From assembly GCA_015228995.1 (NCBI GenBank), contig JADGCM010000001.1, positions 1 to 46,469 on the forward strand: DNA of 46,469 nucleotides, read 5' to 3'. The stretch comes from Magnetococcales bacterium. GTDB lineage: Bacteria; Pseudomonadota; Magnetococcia; Magnetococcales; JADGCH01. The translations under genes and the position numbers were made by a program. The number at the start of each line of letters is the position of its first letter. Within the stretch, counting starts at the first letter, position 1. The notes under the pieces were generated by a model. That model saw only the letters and a program-made list of their open reading frames with translations. It was not told the origin of the DNA and did not search any database. Shown here piece after piece: positions 35,256 through 45,118 of this stretch.

Positions 35256-36433
35256 ATCTTCATAAATTTCAATATTCGATTCTTAAAATAATGTCTCTGG
35301 TCACTCTGGTGGTGGTGCTGACCTCCTGTGCTCCGATGGGTTTCATCAAGCCACAGCTAACCACACAAGAATCGTTAGCGGAGTTGGATGAATTGCGGCT
35401 TCGGCTACGCAATGGCATGACCTGGAGCGGTAGCGAGCAGGCCCAATATCGTATCCTGTTGGGACAGTTATTGCGTAGCGATGCCGTGCCGGTTGTATTG
35501 GAACGGTTTATCGACGATCTCTTACAGCCCGATCCATCCGCTCATGGCAGCGTTTTGTTCGGTGCGAATATGATTGTCTTTGCCGATGTGGCCGATGATC
35601 CACGCTTTGCCGCCCAGGTTATGGTCGGGTCACGTTGGTCCGATCTGTTGCGCCAAGTGGCGTTGCGTTATCCCTTTCCGGAATCACAACCCGCTTCCTG
35701 TCACCCAGTGGCGGCCTTTATTGGTGCTTCTATGCGGGCTGAACAACAGCAACTGGCGGGCGACAAGACACCAGCGGTCCAAAATCAACATTTGGCCCGT
35801 TTGATATCATGGCGCCGGCAGGCACTGCCGTTGTTGATTCGGATTTACAATCAGCGCCCCGAGACGTTTCATCGCACCGTTGCCGGGCAAGAATGTTTTA
35901 GCCGTTATGCGGCGGCCATCGCCGACTCATTAGATCCCGATTATCTGCTGGAACGTAAAAAAAGCGGGGTGGCGTTCCAATCTGGAGATGGACACCAAAT
36001 CGTTGGTCGACGCATTGGCTGGATGCGGCAGCATAGCCAGCCTGGTTCCGAATTGTGGAACAATGTTGAGGAGTTAATGGCCAAAATGCACGTTGATCCA
36101 ATTCCCATGGAACGCTCCTGGTATGCCCAGGAGGTGCGTATCATCAATGGACCAGAAAACCGAGACCGATTTGAGCTCCAAGATCGCCAATATATCTTTC
36201 GTGATGGGTCGTCCAATCGCTACAACAGCACCTTGCTCCTCAACAGCGGCGCTGCCGGGATTCCCTGCCAAGGGCCAGGCAAACTCTATGCTGGTTTTGT
36301 CGAGGATGTCTCGACCGGTCTGTTTACAGTGGAAGAAAAATCAGCCAAACCGGGCATGACAGACAAAGAGCGATGGAAACTGGATCACCCACTGGTCTTT
36401 GAGTTTATGTTTTGTGAGCCGAACGCCCATTGA
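35252..36433 (+). CDS. Hypothetical lipoprotein (393 aa)
   Basis: Lipobox VVLTSC after a K-containing N-region. GTG start overlaps the glycosyltransferase stop (GTGA) and the stop overlaps the queG TTG start. No family recognised. Confidence 0.6.
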   Translation: MNLHKFQYSILKIMSLVTLVVVLTSCAPMGFIKPQLTTQESLAELDELRLRLRNGMTWSGSEQAQYRILLGQLLRSDAVPVVLERFIDDLLQPDPSAHGSVLFGANMIVFADVADDPRFAAQVMVGSRWSDLLRQVALRYPFPESQPASCHPVAAFIGASMRAEQQQLAGDKTPAVQNQHLARLISWRRQALPLLIRIYNQRPETFHRTVAGQECFSRYAAAIADSLDPDYLLERKKSGVAFQSGDGHQIVGRRIGWMRQHSQPGSELWNNVEELMAKMHVDPIPMERSWYAQEVRIINGPENRDRFELQDRQYIFRDGSSNRYNSTLLLNSGAAGIPCQGPGKLYAGFVEDVSTGLFTVEEKSAKPGMTDKERWKLDHPLVFEFMFCEPNAH

Positions 36434-37542
36434 AGGAGATTATCCGTCAACTGGCTTACGAGGCTGGTTTTGATTGTGTTGGCTTTGCCGCTCCTGCAGC
36501 ACCACATCATAGCGACCGTTTGCCGTTTTGGCTGGCTGAACGGCGCCACGGCGATATGAATTGGCTGGAGCGGAGTGCAGCTAAGCGGTTGCAGCCCAGT
36601 CGTTATCGTGCTGATGTGGGCACCATCCTGGTATTGGGTCACCACTATCGGCCGCAGCCGGCTGGCCCGATGGCCAGCCCGATGAGTGATCAGATTGCTG
36701 CTTATGCCTGTCGTTCAGACTACCACGACCAATTGCGACATAAAATGCAATTGCTGGCTGATCGTATCATCTCTGTCGTCGGTGATAGTGGGAGCATACG
36801 GAGTTGCGTTGATAGTGCCCCCTTGATGGAAAAACCGCTGGCGGTAGCCGCCGGCATCGGCTGGCAAGGCAAAAATAGTTTGCTGGTATCGCGCCAGTTT
36901 GGTTGTTGGTTGTTGTTGTGTGAACTGCTGTTGCCATGGTCATTACCGGCCGATCAACCATTACCGCAGTCCCATTGCGGCAGCTGCCAACGCTGCCAAC
37001 GGGCCTGTCCCACCGCTGCTCTTGATCAAGCTTATTGGATTGATGCCAGCCGTTGTCTTGCCTATCTGACCATCGAATACAAGGGTACTCTGCCACGACC
37101 GTATCGTTCGGCCATGGGCACCCGTATCTACGGCTGTGACAGTTGTCTGAGCGTCTGTCCCTGGAACCGTTTTACCCCAACTCCCCGTCACGACCCTACC
37201 GCACAGCAGCTACAAACAACTTGGCAATCACTGACCTTGCCGGCCTGCGCGGCGCTGAATGAAGACGGCTTCCGTGCCCTGTTTCAACAGACCCCATTGG
37301 CACGTATAGGGCTGACGCGGCTGTTGCGCAACGTCGCTGTGGCGTTGGGCAATTGGGGGCAACCAGAAGCTATCCCAGCTTTGATTCATTTGCTACACCA
37401 CCATGAGCCATTGGTGCGTTCTCATGCGGTGTGGGGGCTGGCACAGTATGCCCCCCATAGCCAATCAACACAACAGGCCCTGCAACAAGCAACCCTTGAC
37501 GAGACCTCGCCGGAGGTACGCGCCGAACTGGCGCTCATCTAA
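36430..37542 (+). CDS. queG: Epoxyqueuosine reductase QueG
   Basis: Two 4Fe-4S ferredoxin motifs (CGSCQRCQRACP, CDSCLSVCPWN), a GWQGKNSLL motif, a C-terminal HEAT-like repeat (LLHHHEPLVRSHAVWGL). Confidence 0.88.
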   Translation: MKEIIRQLAYEAGFDCVGFAAPAAPHHSDRLPFWLAERRHGDMNWLERSAAKRLQPSRYRADVGTILVLGHHYRPQPAGPMASPMSDQIAAYACRSDYHDQLRHKMQLLADRIISVVGDSGSIRSCVDSAPLMEKPLAVAAGIGWQGKNSLLVSRQFGCWLLLCELLLPWSLPADQPLPQSHCGSCQRCQRACPTAALDQAYWIDASRCLAYLTIEYKGTLPRPYRSAMGTRIYGCDSCLSVCPWNRFTPTPRHDPTAQQLQTTWQSLTLPACAALNEDGFRALFQQTPLARIGLTRLLRNVAVALGNWGQPEAIPALIHLLHHHEPLVRSHAVWGLAQYAPHSQSTQQALQQATLDETSPEVRAELALI

Positions 37543-38791
37543 CAGGCGTGTGGGCAGGCGTGCTATTGGGTAGCAGCATAGAGAGCAGTGCTGCGGCCGC
37601 TACAAAGCCAGTTGACCACCATAAACAACTGACAAATCCTGGTAGCTGGCCACCCTGCACTTGATAGACCCAACCGGACAGCAGCGTGCCGGTGAGACGT
37701 CCGGCGGCGTTGGCCATGTAGTAAAAGCCAACGTTCATAGCCACCTTGTCATGGTCGGACCAGGCCAAGATCAGGTAGGAGTGCAGGGACGAATTGATGG
37801 CAAAAACAGCACCAAACAAAAACAGACCGGTGATTAATACTGCATCCGGCCGCCAGCCTTGCAGCAGACCTAAGGCGATGCCAGCTGGTAATACCGCCAA
37901 AAGCAAAGCCCAGTTACGGGCACTGCTACCTTGTGGACCCGCCCCCTCATGGCCTCGCCGTAGGAGCAGAGGGGCGCCAGCCTGCACTATCCCGTAAATA
38001 ATTACCCACAAAGCGAGAAAACTGCCTACTTCAACGTGATTCCAGCCAATCACCGACTGTAAAAACACCGGTAATCCTACCACAAACCAAACATCACGGG
38101 CCCCGAACAGGAAAAAACGAGCCGCCGACAACACATTGATGGCGCGCGTTTTCGAGAAAATCTGACTAAATTTGGCTTTTTGTTGCGCCACTCCCATCTG
38201 AGCAGGTAATAACCACCAAGTGATCCCATAGACTACGCATAACACCGTTGCCATAGCGGCCATGGTCCAGCGGAAACCAATCAGATAGAGCAACAGCCCA
38301 CCGAGAAAAAAGCCAACGCCTTTGAGGGCATTTTTGGAGCCAGTGAGCAAAGCCACCCATTTTAATAACCGGGAGTCGCCGCCATCCCCTTTGGGGAGTA
38401 CCAGCTTGACGCCAGATTTGGCACTCATTTTATTGAGATCTTTGGCAATGCCCGATAGTGCCATAGCGCTCATGACGTAGGATACCGTTAACCAAGCCGG
38501 ATCGACCGCCAACATGCCCAGTGCCACCACTTGCAACAGACCACCCATCACCATGGTACGGTTCAGACCGACATGAGAGGCGATCCAGCCACCTATGCCG
38601 TTGGTGATGATGCCAAACACCTCATAAAAGAGGAACAGCAACGCGATATCAAGAGGACTGAAGCCCAACTGATGAAAATGCAACACCACGAGGGTATGGA
38701 GAGCGCCATCGGTGAGTGTAAAAAACCAATAGGCCAATACAATAATCAGGTAGAGTTTGGAGTCTTGAGAGCGCGTTGCTGTATCATTCAT
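37535..38791 (-). CDS. arsJ: MFS transporter, ArsJ-type organoarsenical (1-arseno-3-phosphoglycerate) efflux permease
   Basis: 418-aa, 12-TM-like MFS protein directly downstream of a GAPDH gene within an arsR-acr3 operon, which is the diagnostic gapdh-arsJ pairing. Confidence 0.78.
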   Translation of the reverse strand: MNDTATRSQDSKLYLIIVLAYWFFTLTDGALHTLVVLHFHQLGFSPLDIALLFLFYEVFGIITNGIGGWIASHVGLNRTMVMGGLLQVVALGMLAVDPAWLTVSYVMSAMALSGIAKDLNKMSAKSGVKLVLPKGDGGDSRLLKWVALLTGSKNALKGVGFFLGGLLLYLIGFRWTMAAMATVLCVVYGITWWLLPAQMGVAQQKAKFSQIFSKTRAINVLSAARFFLFGARDVWFVVGLPVFLQSVIGWNHVEVGSFLALWVIIYGIVQAGAPLLLRRGHEGAGPQGSSARNWALLLAVLPAGIALGLLQGWRPDAVLITGLFLFGAVFAINSSLHSYLILAWSDHDKVAMNVGFYYMANAAGRLTGTLLSGWVYQVQGGQLPGFVSCLWWSTGFVAAAALLSMLLPNSTPAHTPVR

Positions 38792-38796
38792 GGTGA

Positions 38797-39813
38797 TTAA
38801 CCCATCATTGCGGCGACTTTATCGGCCAATTCTACCATACGATTGGCGTAACCCACTTCATTATCGTACCAGGACATGATCTTGACGTGGGTACCATCCA
38901 CCACCATGGTGGATAGGGCATCAATGATCGAAGAACGCGGGTCGTTGTTGTAGTCGATTGAGACCAGCGGTAGCTCCTCATAGCCGAGAATCCCCTGCAG
39001 AGGCCCCTCAGCGGCAGCTTTCAATAAACCGTTAACCTCGGCAACCGTTGTTGGACGCTCTACCTCAAAGACCATATCGGTTAAGGAGGCATTCAGCAGC
39101 GGTACCCGCACCGCTGTGCCATCAATTTTACCCTTCAATTGGGGAAAAATTTGGACGATGGCCCGCGCTGATCCGGTGCTAGTGGGAATGAGTGATAGAG
39201 AATTGGCGCGTGCCCGGCGCAGGTCTTTGTGACCCAGGTCGATGATGGTCTGGGTATTGGTGATGTTATGGATGGTGGTCATGCTGCCACGGCGAATGCC
39301 AAGCGATTCCAGCATCACTTTGACCACGGGCGCTAGACAATTGGTGGTGCAGGAAGCGGCGGTAACGACGTCATAACGACTTGGGTTGTATTGATCATCG
39401 TTTACCCCAACGACAACATTCAAGGCGGCATCGTCCTTTACCGGACAAGCGACCACCACTTTTTTGACCCCTTGGTCGAAATAGGGCTGTAAAGCGGCCA
39501 TGGTTTTGAACCGGCCGCTACATTCCAACACCATATCAACACCTAAGTTGCGCCAATCGATTTGAGCCGGCGTGGCAATCATGCTGTAACCTAATTTTCG
39601 ACCCTCAATGACCAAATGATTGCCATCGGCTGCGACCTCCCGATCCCAGCGACCATGCACCGAATCGTACTTGAGCAAATGAGCGGCACACCCGGCATCG
39701 CCAAGAATTTCGTTGACATGGACAAATTCCAAGTGGGGGAGCCGCCCCCAAGCCGCCCGCAAACCTAGGCGTCCCATACGACCAAAACCATTGATGGCAA
39801 CACGAACTGTCAT
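38797..39813 (-). CDS. gap: Glyceraldehyde-3-phosphate dehydrogenase, ars-operon-associated (ArsJ partner)
   Basis: [12 protein letters not shown] loop, catalytic [21 protein letters not shown]. Sandwiched between acr3 and arsJ with 2-5 nt gaps. Confidence 0.9.
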   Translation of the reverse strand: MTVRVAINGFGRMGRLGLRAAWGRLPHLEFVHVNEILGDAGCAAHLLKYDSVHGRWDREVAADGNHLVIEGRKLGYSMIATPAQIDWRNLGVDMVLECSGRFKTMAALQPYFDQGVKKVVVACPVKDDAALNVVVGVNDDQYNPSRYDVVTAASCTTNCLAPVVKVMLESLGIRRGSMTTIHNITNTQTIIDLGHKDLRRARANSLSLIPTSTGSARAIVQIFPQLKGKIDGTAVRVPLLNASLTDMVFEVERPTTVAEVNGLLKAAAEGPLQGILGYEELPLVSIDYNNDPRSSIIDALSTMVVDGTHVKIMSWYDNEVGYANRMVELADKVAAMMG

Positions 39814-39815
39814 CG

Positions 39816-40853
39816 TTAAAACCCTTTCTTCTTAAACCACAAAGCAACACTAACCAGAGTAATCAATACCGGTACTTCGACCAACGGTCCAATGACCGTA
39901 GCAAACGCTACCGGAGAGGCTAAACCAAACGCTGAAATGGCGACGGCGATCGCCAACTCAAAGTTATTGCTCGCCGCTGTAAACGAGAGCGACACCGCCC
40001 GCGCATAGTCGGATCCTATCCAGCGACTCATGGCAAAACTGATAAAAAACATCACCACAAAGTAAATAGCCAGTGGCACCGCAATGCGTAACGCATCGAC
40101 CGGTAGTTCTAATACCATACCACCCTTCAGACTAAACATCGCTGCAATGGTGAATAACAGCGCCACCAGAGTTATGGGAGCAATTTTTGGCAAGAAATAA
40201 TTTTGGTACCATTGGTCACCCTTGCTACGACGCAGCAACAGTCGGGTCAAGAAGCCGCCGCAAAAAGGCAACCCGAGATAGATGGCCACAGCCGAGGCGA
40301 TGGTACTAAAAGAGACCTGGACTACTTGACCAGTTAATCCCAACAACGGTGGCAATAACGTTAGAAAAAACCAAGCATAGAGACTGAAGAACAGCAACTG
40401 AAACAAGCTGTTGAAAGCGACCAATCCGGCTACATATTCATTGGACCCCCCCGCCAATTGGTTCCAAACAATGACCATCGCGATGCAACGCGCCAAGCCG
40501 ATCAAAATCACGCCGGTCATATAGGCCGGGGAGTCGTGGAGGAATAGTACCGCTAGGCCGAACATGAGCACCGGACCAATCAGCCAATTTTGTACCAGCG
40601 ATAGCAATAGGACGCGTCGGTCACGAAACACTTCTCCTAACGATTCGTAGCGGACACGTGCCAGTGGCGGGTACATCATCAGGATCAAGCCAATGGCAAT
40701 TGGCACATTGGTGACACCGATGGACCAGCTGTCTAACGCAGTGGGCAGGCCTGGTAACAGTCGGCCCGACAGCACTCCAATTATCATGGCCAAAAAGATC
40801 CATAAGGTTAGGTAACGATCCAGAAAGGAGAGTCGCGGTTGGCAGGGAGTCAT
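39816..40853 (-). CDS. acr3: Arsenite efflux permease, ACR3 family
   Basis: N-terminal [20 protein letters not shown] typical of ACR3. About 10 TM segments. ATGA-type overlap with arsR. Confidence 0.88.
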   Translation of the reverse strand: MTPCQPRLSFLDRYLTLWIFLAMIIGVLSGRLLPGLPTALDSWSIGVTNVPIAIGLILMMYPPLARVRYESLGEVFRDRRVLLLSLVQNWLIGPVLMFGLAVLFLHDSPAYMTGVILIGLARCIAMVIVWNQLAGGSNEYVAGLVAFNSLFQLLFFSLYAWFFLTLLPPLLGLTGQVVQVSFSTIASAVAIYLGLPFCGGFLTRLLLRRSKGDQWYQNYFLPKIAPITLVALLFTIAAMFSLKGGMVLELPVDALRIAVPLAIYFVVMFFISFAMSRWIGSDYARAVSLSFTAASNNFELAIAVAISAFGLASPVAFATVIGPLVEVPVLITLVSVALWFKKKGF

Positions 40854-41215
40854 GTCGTCACCTCTGCGAAGCCAGCACAGCGGCCGGGACGATCCGCCAT
40901 GGTGCGTAAGCGGGCCTGATCATCGGAGAATGGCTCCATAGCTAAGTTTCCCTCTGCGGTAGCCTTGAGAATGGTCGTGGCCCAGGAGGGCAAATCAGGA
41001 TGAATACGGTAGTGTACCCAATGGCCCACACGCCGATCCTGTACCAGACCACTCTGACGCAATAACGCTAAATGGCGCGAAATTTTGGGTTGTACCACGC
41101 CAAGCGCATAGCCAAGCTCACACACGCACAACTCACCCTCGTTGACCATCAAGACGAGACAACGTAGCCGCGTCTCATCCATCAGGGCCCTAAAAAGAAC
41201 CAACGGCTCCATCAT
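40850..41215 (-). CDS. arsR: ArsR/SmtB family metalloregulator (arsenite-responsive repressor)
   Basis: ELCVCEL metal-binding Cys motif followed by a winged-helix region ([17 protein letters not shown]). First gene of the ars operon. Confidence 0.88.
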   Translation of the reverse strand: MMEPLVLFRALMDETRLRCLVLMVNEGELCVCELGYALGVVQPKISRHLALLRQSGLVQDRRVGHWVHYRIHPDLPSWATTILKATAEGNLAMEPFSDDQARLRTMADRPGRCAGFAEVTT

Positions 41216-41251
41216 TGTCCAATACTCCCTGGTTTCATATCCGATAGGTCA

Positions 41252-41290
41252 CATATATCTCTTATCAGATATACTGTCAACCATATATCT
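41252..41290. promoter_or_regulatory. Candidate ArsR operator/promoter region
   Basis: Imperfect inverted repeat ATATATCT-CTTATC-AGATATAC (41253-41274), plus a direct repeat of CATATATCT (41252-41260 and 41282-41290), 37-75 nt upstream of the arsR start. Confidence 0.4.
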
Positions 41291-41359
41291 ACCAAACACC
41301 GATTTTTTCATTGCTGCATCGCCCATCTGTCATTATCTTGCTTAGTGCCTTTTATTTTA

Positions 41360-41406
41360 CCCTCACCCCATCCCTCTCCCCTTGTGGGAGAGGGATGGGG
41401 TGAGGG
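41360..41406. repeat. REP-like perfect palindrome (21-bp arms, 5-nt loop) of the GEG/PSP type
   Basis: ccctcaccccatccctctccc-cttgt-gggagagggatggggtgaggg. Located in the arsR/ychF divergent intergenic region. Confidence 0.85.
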
Positions 41407-41434
41407 GTGTTCGTCATTTGCTAGCGAGGATGTT

Positions 41435-42544
41435 ATGCCATTAAGATGCGGTATTGTTGGTTTACCTAACGTGGGCAAATCGACTATTTTCAATGCGTTG
41501 ACTTCAGCTGGTGCCGAAATGGCCAATTATCCTTTCTGTACCATTGAGCCCAACGTCGGGGTGGTTGGGGTGCCCGATGACCGGATGGAACAGCTCAACG
41601 AACTGGTTAAACCGCAACGACTGGTACCGACCACAGTTGAGTTTGTTGATATTGCTGGTCTGGTCAAAGGTGCTAGCCACGGGGAAGGGTTGGGCAATCA
41701 ATTTCTCGGCCATATCCGCCAAGTCGATGCTATTACCCATGTAGTGCGTTGTTTTATCGACGATGACATCACCCATGTGCATCAGCGGGTCAATCCGGTA
41801 GACGATATTCAAGTCATCGATACCGAATTGATGTTGGCCGATTTGGAAAGTGTGCGCCGCCGTCACGATACCCTGATCAAAAAGGCCCGTTCCGGTGATC
41901 GCTCCTCTCAGGAAGCGGTGCAGAGTTGTGAACGATTGTTGACGGCACTTGACCAGGGGATCCCGATACGACGCTTGACACTCAACGATGACGATCAGGC
42001 CCTGTTGCGTGACCTGTTTTTGCTAACGGCTAAACCGGTGCTTTATGTCTGTAATGTCGCCGAGCAAGAGGTCGTGCGTGCCAGCCAACCCGATCAGCAT
42101 CCGTTGGTAGAACAGGTACGCACCATTGCCAGCCAAGAGGGGGCGGATGTAGTGGTTATTTGTGGCAAAATCGAAGCTGAGCTCATGGATTTACCAGCAG
42201 AGGAGCAGCAAGCCTTCCTGGCCGATATTGGTCTGAGTGATTCCGGCTTACATCGGATGATCCATCATGCCTACCAGTTGTTGGGGTTAATTACCTATTT
42301 CACCGCTGGTCCCAAGGAGGTGCGGGCCTGGACCGTTGCTAACGGGGCCACCGCTTATGATGCCGCTGGCGTTATCCATAGTGATTTCCAACGCGGCTTT
42401 ATCCGAGCCGAGGTGATTGGCTACACCGACTTTATCACTTGTGGCGGCGAACTAAAGGCGCGTGAGCAGGGGCGGTTTCGCCTTGAAGGACGCGACTACC
42501 GCGTCGTTGATGGCGATATCATGCACTTCCGGTTCAATGTCTGA
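41435..42544 (+). CDS. ychF: Ribosome-binding ATPase YchF (Obg-like)
   Basis: [19 protein letters not shown]-loop, [23 protein letters not shown]-terminal TGS-like …[26 protein letters not shown] lies before the ATG at 41435. The ORF-track GTG start at 41345 reads through a REP hairpin. Confidence 0.93.
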   Translation: MPLRCGIVGLPNVGKSTIFNALTSAGAEMANYPFCTIEPNVGVVGVPDDRMEQLNELVKPQRLVPTTVEFVDIAGLVKGASHGEGLGNQFLGHIRQVDAITHVVRCFIDDDITHVHQRVNPVDDIQVIDTELMLADLESVRRRHDTLIKKARSGDRSSQEAVQSCERLLTALDQGIPIRRLTLNDDDQALLRDLFLLTAKPVLYVCNVAEQEVVRASQPDQHPLVEQVRTIASQEGADVVVICGKIEAELMDLPAEEQQAFLADIGLSDSGLHRMIHHAYQLLGLITYFTAGPKEVRAWTVANGATAYDAAGVIHSDFQRGFIRAEVIGYTDFITCGGELKAREQGRFRLEGRDYRVVDGDIMHFRFNV

Positions 42545-43022
42545 TCCATGGCCGATCCAGCGTATTGTCTCTGGAGGACAAACAGGAGTGGATCGAGCTG
42601 CCCTCGACTTTGCAATCCACCATCACATCGCTTGTGGTGGCTGGTGTCCACGAGGGCGGTTGGCGGAGGATGGCACCATTCCGGAGTGTTACCCCTTGCA
42701 AGAAGCGCATAGTCGACGTTATGCCGAACGTACCCGCCTCAATGTCATGGACTCCGACGCCACCCTGATCTTGCATCGTGGTGCGCTGAGGGGAGGGACG
42801 GCACTCACTTGGCGGTTTGCCAAGCAGCACCATAAACCCTGTTTGGTCATCAACTTGGCACGTTGTGCCGATGTGCCTGAATCATCCAGTGGTGCGAAAA
42901 ATTGGCTTATTGAACAGGCTGTTGCAGTTCTAAACATCGCCGGCCCCCGTGAAAGTGAAAATTCTGGCATCTACCAGCAGGCTTTTTCCTTTATTAAGTC
43001 GATTTTTATGTGCTATGTTTAA
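42537..43022 (+). CDS. SLOG-superfamily protein, putative molybdenum-carrier / circularly permuted YpsA-like family
   Basis: IVSGGQTGVDRAALDFAI…GGWCPRGRLAEDG motif characteristic of that family. The ATG at 42537 overlaps the ychF stop by 8 nt. Confidence 0.7.
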   Translation: MSDPWPIQRIVSGGQTGVDRAALDFAIHHHIACGGWCPRGRLAEDGTIPECYPLQEAHSRRYAERTRLNVMDSDATLILHRGALRGGTALTWRFAKQHHKPCLVINLARCADVPESSSGAKNWLIEQAVAVLNIAGPRESENSGIYQQAFSFIKSIFMCYV

Positions 43023-43085
43023 CGTTAGATCGCGTTGGTCTTTCGTGATACTGTATATTGAGAGCGTGAACGAGGAAAAATAATA

Positions 43086-45023
43086 ATGAGCACAGTAAAC
43101 AGTTACCCAGTCCCAACAGAAGTTGCTTCCCACGCCCACATTGACGCGTCGGGTTATCAGGCTATGTATCAGCGTTCCGTCACCGACCCGGAAGGGTTCT
43201 GGGCGGAACAGGCTACCCAGCTGATCCACTGGTTCAAACCATGGGATCGGGTGTTGGAGTATGATTTCTCCAAGGCACAAATCCGTTGGTTTGATGGTGC
43301 CCGCACCAATGTTGCCTATAATTGTCTCGATCGCCATTTGGCGACTCGGGGAGATCAGGTCGCTATCATTTGGGAAGCAGACGATCCGTCACAGGGCAAA
43401 AAAGTGACTTATCGCGAGCTGCACGAGCAAGTCTGTCGTTTTGCCAATGCACTCAAGGCACGTAATGTCCATCGTGGCGATCGGGTTTGTATCTATATGC
43501 CAATGATCCCGGAAGCGGCGGTGGCGATGTTGGCTTGTGCGCGCATCGGTGCCGTTCATTCGGTGGTGTTTGGTGGCTTTTCGCCAGAATCACTCAAGGA
43601 TCGCATTCTTGACTCCGATTGCCGGGTGGTTATCACCGCCGATGAGGGGGTGCGTGGAGGACGGCCAGTGCCACTGCGGCGTAATGTCGACCAGTCCCTG
43701 CTCTCTTGTCCCAATGTCCACACCGTGTTTACGATCCGTCACACCGGTGGCCATGTCTCCTGGCAGGAGGGGCGTGATGTTTGGTATCACGAGGCCATGG
43801 CAGCGGCTGCCACGGAATGTGCCGCCGAAGAGATGGAAGCCGAGGATCCATTATTCATTCTCTATACCTCGGGTTCGACCGGCAAGCCGAAAGGGGTGCT
43901 ACACACCACCGGTGGTTATATCCTCTACGCGGCCATTACCCACAAATACATCTTTGACTATCACGACGGTGATATTTATTGGTGTACCGCAGATGTTGGT
44001 TGGGTGACCGGGCACACCTACATCGTCTACGGACCACTGGCCAATGGCGCCACCACCCTGATGTTTGAGGGCATTCCTAACTATCCAGATGGTTCGCGAC
44101 TGTGGCAGGTGGTGGATAAATACCAAGTCAATATCTTCTACACTGCTCCCACGGCGATTCGTGCCTTAATGGCGTTGGGAGACGATCCGGTACGTAAGAC
44201 CAGCCGTCGTTCATTGCGTCTGCTGGGAAGTGTCGGTGAGCCGATTAACCCGGAGGCCTGGGAATGGTATTACCACACCGTGGGTGAGGGACGCTGCCCC
44301 ATCGTCGATACTTGGTGGCAAACTGAGACCGGTGGCATCTTGATCACCCCATTGGCGGGTGCAATCGCCCTTAAACCGGGTTCGGCAACACGCCCCTTCT
44401 TCGGTGTGGTACCCGCCATTGTTGATAGCAGTGGTCAAGTTTTGGAGGGTCCATGCAGTGGTAACTTGGTCATTACCAAGCCCTGGCCCGGTATGATGCG
44501 TACCGTGTATGGAGATCACCAACGTTTCTTCAATACCTACTTCTCGACCTATCCGGGCACCTATTTCAGTGGCGATGGTTGCCGTCGTGACGAAGATGGT
44601 TATTACTGGATCACCGGTCGCGTCGACGATGTGATCAATGTTTCTGGCCACCGGTTGGGAACGGCTGAAATCGAGAGTGCCTTGGTACTACATCCATCGG
44701 TAGCCGAGGCTGCTGTGGTCGGTTTTCCTCATCACATAAAAGGGCAGGGCATTTATGCTTACGTGACCCTGATGAAGGGAGTGGAGTCCAGCGATGCCAT
44801 GCGTAAAGAGCTGATCAATCTGGTGCGCAAAGAGATCGGTCCATTTGCCACCATTGATGTCATCCAGTGGGCTCCTGGCCTACCCAAAACTCGTTCTGGT
44901 AAAATTATGCGGCGCATCCTGCGTAAGATTGCTTGTAACGAGTTGGATAGCCTGGGTGATACCTCAACACTCGCTGATCCGACGGTGGTGCAGGATTTGG
45001 TCACCAATCGGCCGAGCACGTAG
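43086..45023 (+). CDS. acs: Acetyl-CoA synthetase (AMP-forming)
   Basis: 645 aa. [31 protein letters not shown] motifs. N-terminal [16 protein letters not shown] is typical of Acs. Confidence 0.95.
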   Translation: MSTVNSYPVPTEVASHAHIDASGYQAMYQRSVTDPEGFWAEQATQLIHWFKPWDRVLEYDFSKAQIRWFDGARTNVAYNCLDRHLATRGDQVAIIWEADDPSQGKKVTYRELHEQVCRFANALKARNVHRGDRVCIYMPMIPEAAVAMLACARIGAVHSVVFGGFSPESLKDRILDSDCRVVITADEGVRGGRPVPLRRNVDQSLLSCPNVHTVFTIRHTGGHVSWQEGRDVWYHEAMAAAATECAAEEMEAEDPLFILYTSGSTGKPKGVLHTTGGYILYAAITHKYIFDYHDGDIYWCTADVGWVTGHTYIVYGPLANGATTLMFEGIPNYPDGSRLWQVVDKYQVNIFYTAPTAIRALMALGDDPVRKTSRRSLRLLGSVGEPINPEAWEWYYHTVGEGRCPIVDTWWQTETGGILITPLAGAIALKPGSATRPFFGVVPAIVDSSGQVLEGPCSGNLVITKPWPGMMRTVYGDHQRFFNTYFSTYPGTYFSGDGCRRDEDGYYWITGRVDDVINVSGHRLGTAEIESALVLHPSVAEAAVVGFPHHIKGQGIYAYVTLMKGVESSDAMRKELINLVRKEIGPFATIDVIQWAPGLPKTRSGKIMRRILRKIACNELDSLGDTSTLADPTVVQDLVTNRPST

Positions 45024-45037
45024 TTAAGATTCATTAT

Positions 45038-45074
45038 CCCCTCCTCCTCCCTCAACGAAGGAAGGGGAGGGGGC
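45038..45074. repeat. Polypyrimidine/polypurine imperfect hairpin downstream of acs
   Basis: cccctcctcctccctc-aacgaagga-aggggaggggg. About a 10-bp stem if two G-U pairs are allowed. Begins 15 nt after the acs stop. Confidence 0.4.
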
Positions 45075-45081
45075 AGAAGGT

Positions 45082-45090
45082 GGGGGGGGG
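45082..45090. repeat. G9 homopolymer tract
   Basis: tGGGGGGGGGt read directly. It lies 29-37 nt upstream of the ATG at 45119 and inside the GTG-initiated extension of that ORF. Confidence 0.9.
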
Positions 45091-45118
45091 TGCCGTGGCT
45101 CTATTTACTGAGCGTCTG

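Noticed and set aside
38797-39813. Annotating the GAPDH as the housekeeping glycolytic gapA
   Set aside because: Its position between acr3 and arsJ, with gaps of 2-5 nt under an ArsR-controlled promoter, fits the ars-associated GAPDH role. The housekeeping role cannot be excluded without the rest of the genome.
41345-41434. N-terminal extension of ychF (MPFILPSPHPSPLVGEGWGEG…)
   Set aside because: It is the translation of the REP-like palindrome. The YchF P-loop protein begins at the ATG at 41435, which has its own GAGGA Shine-Dalgarno sequence.
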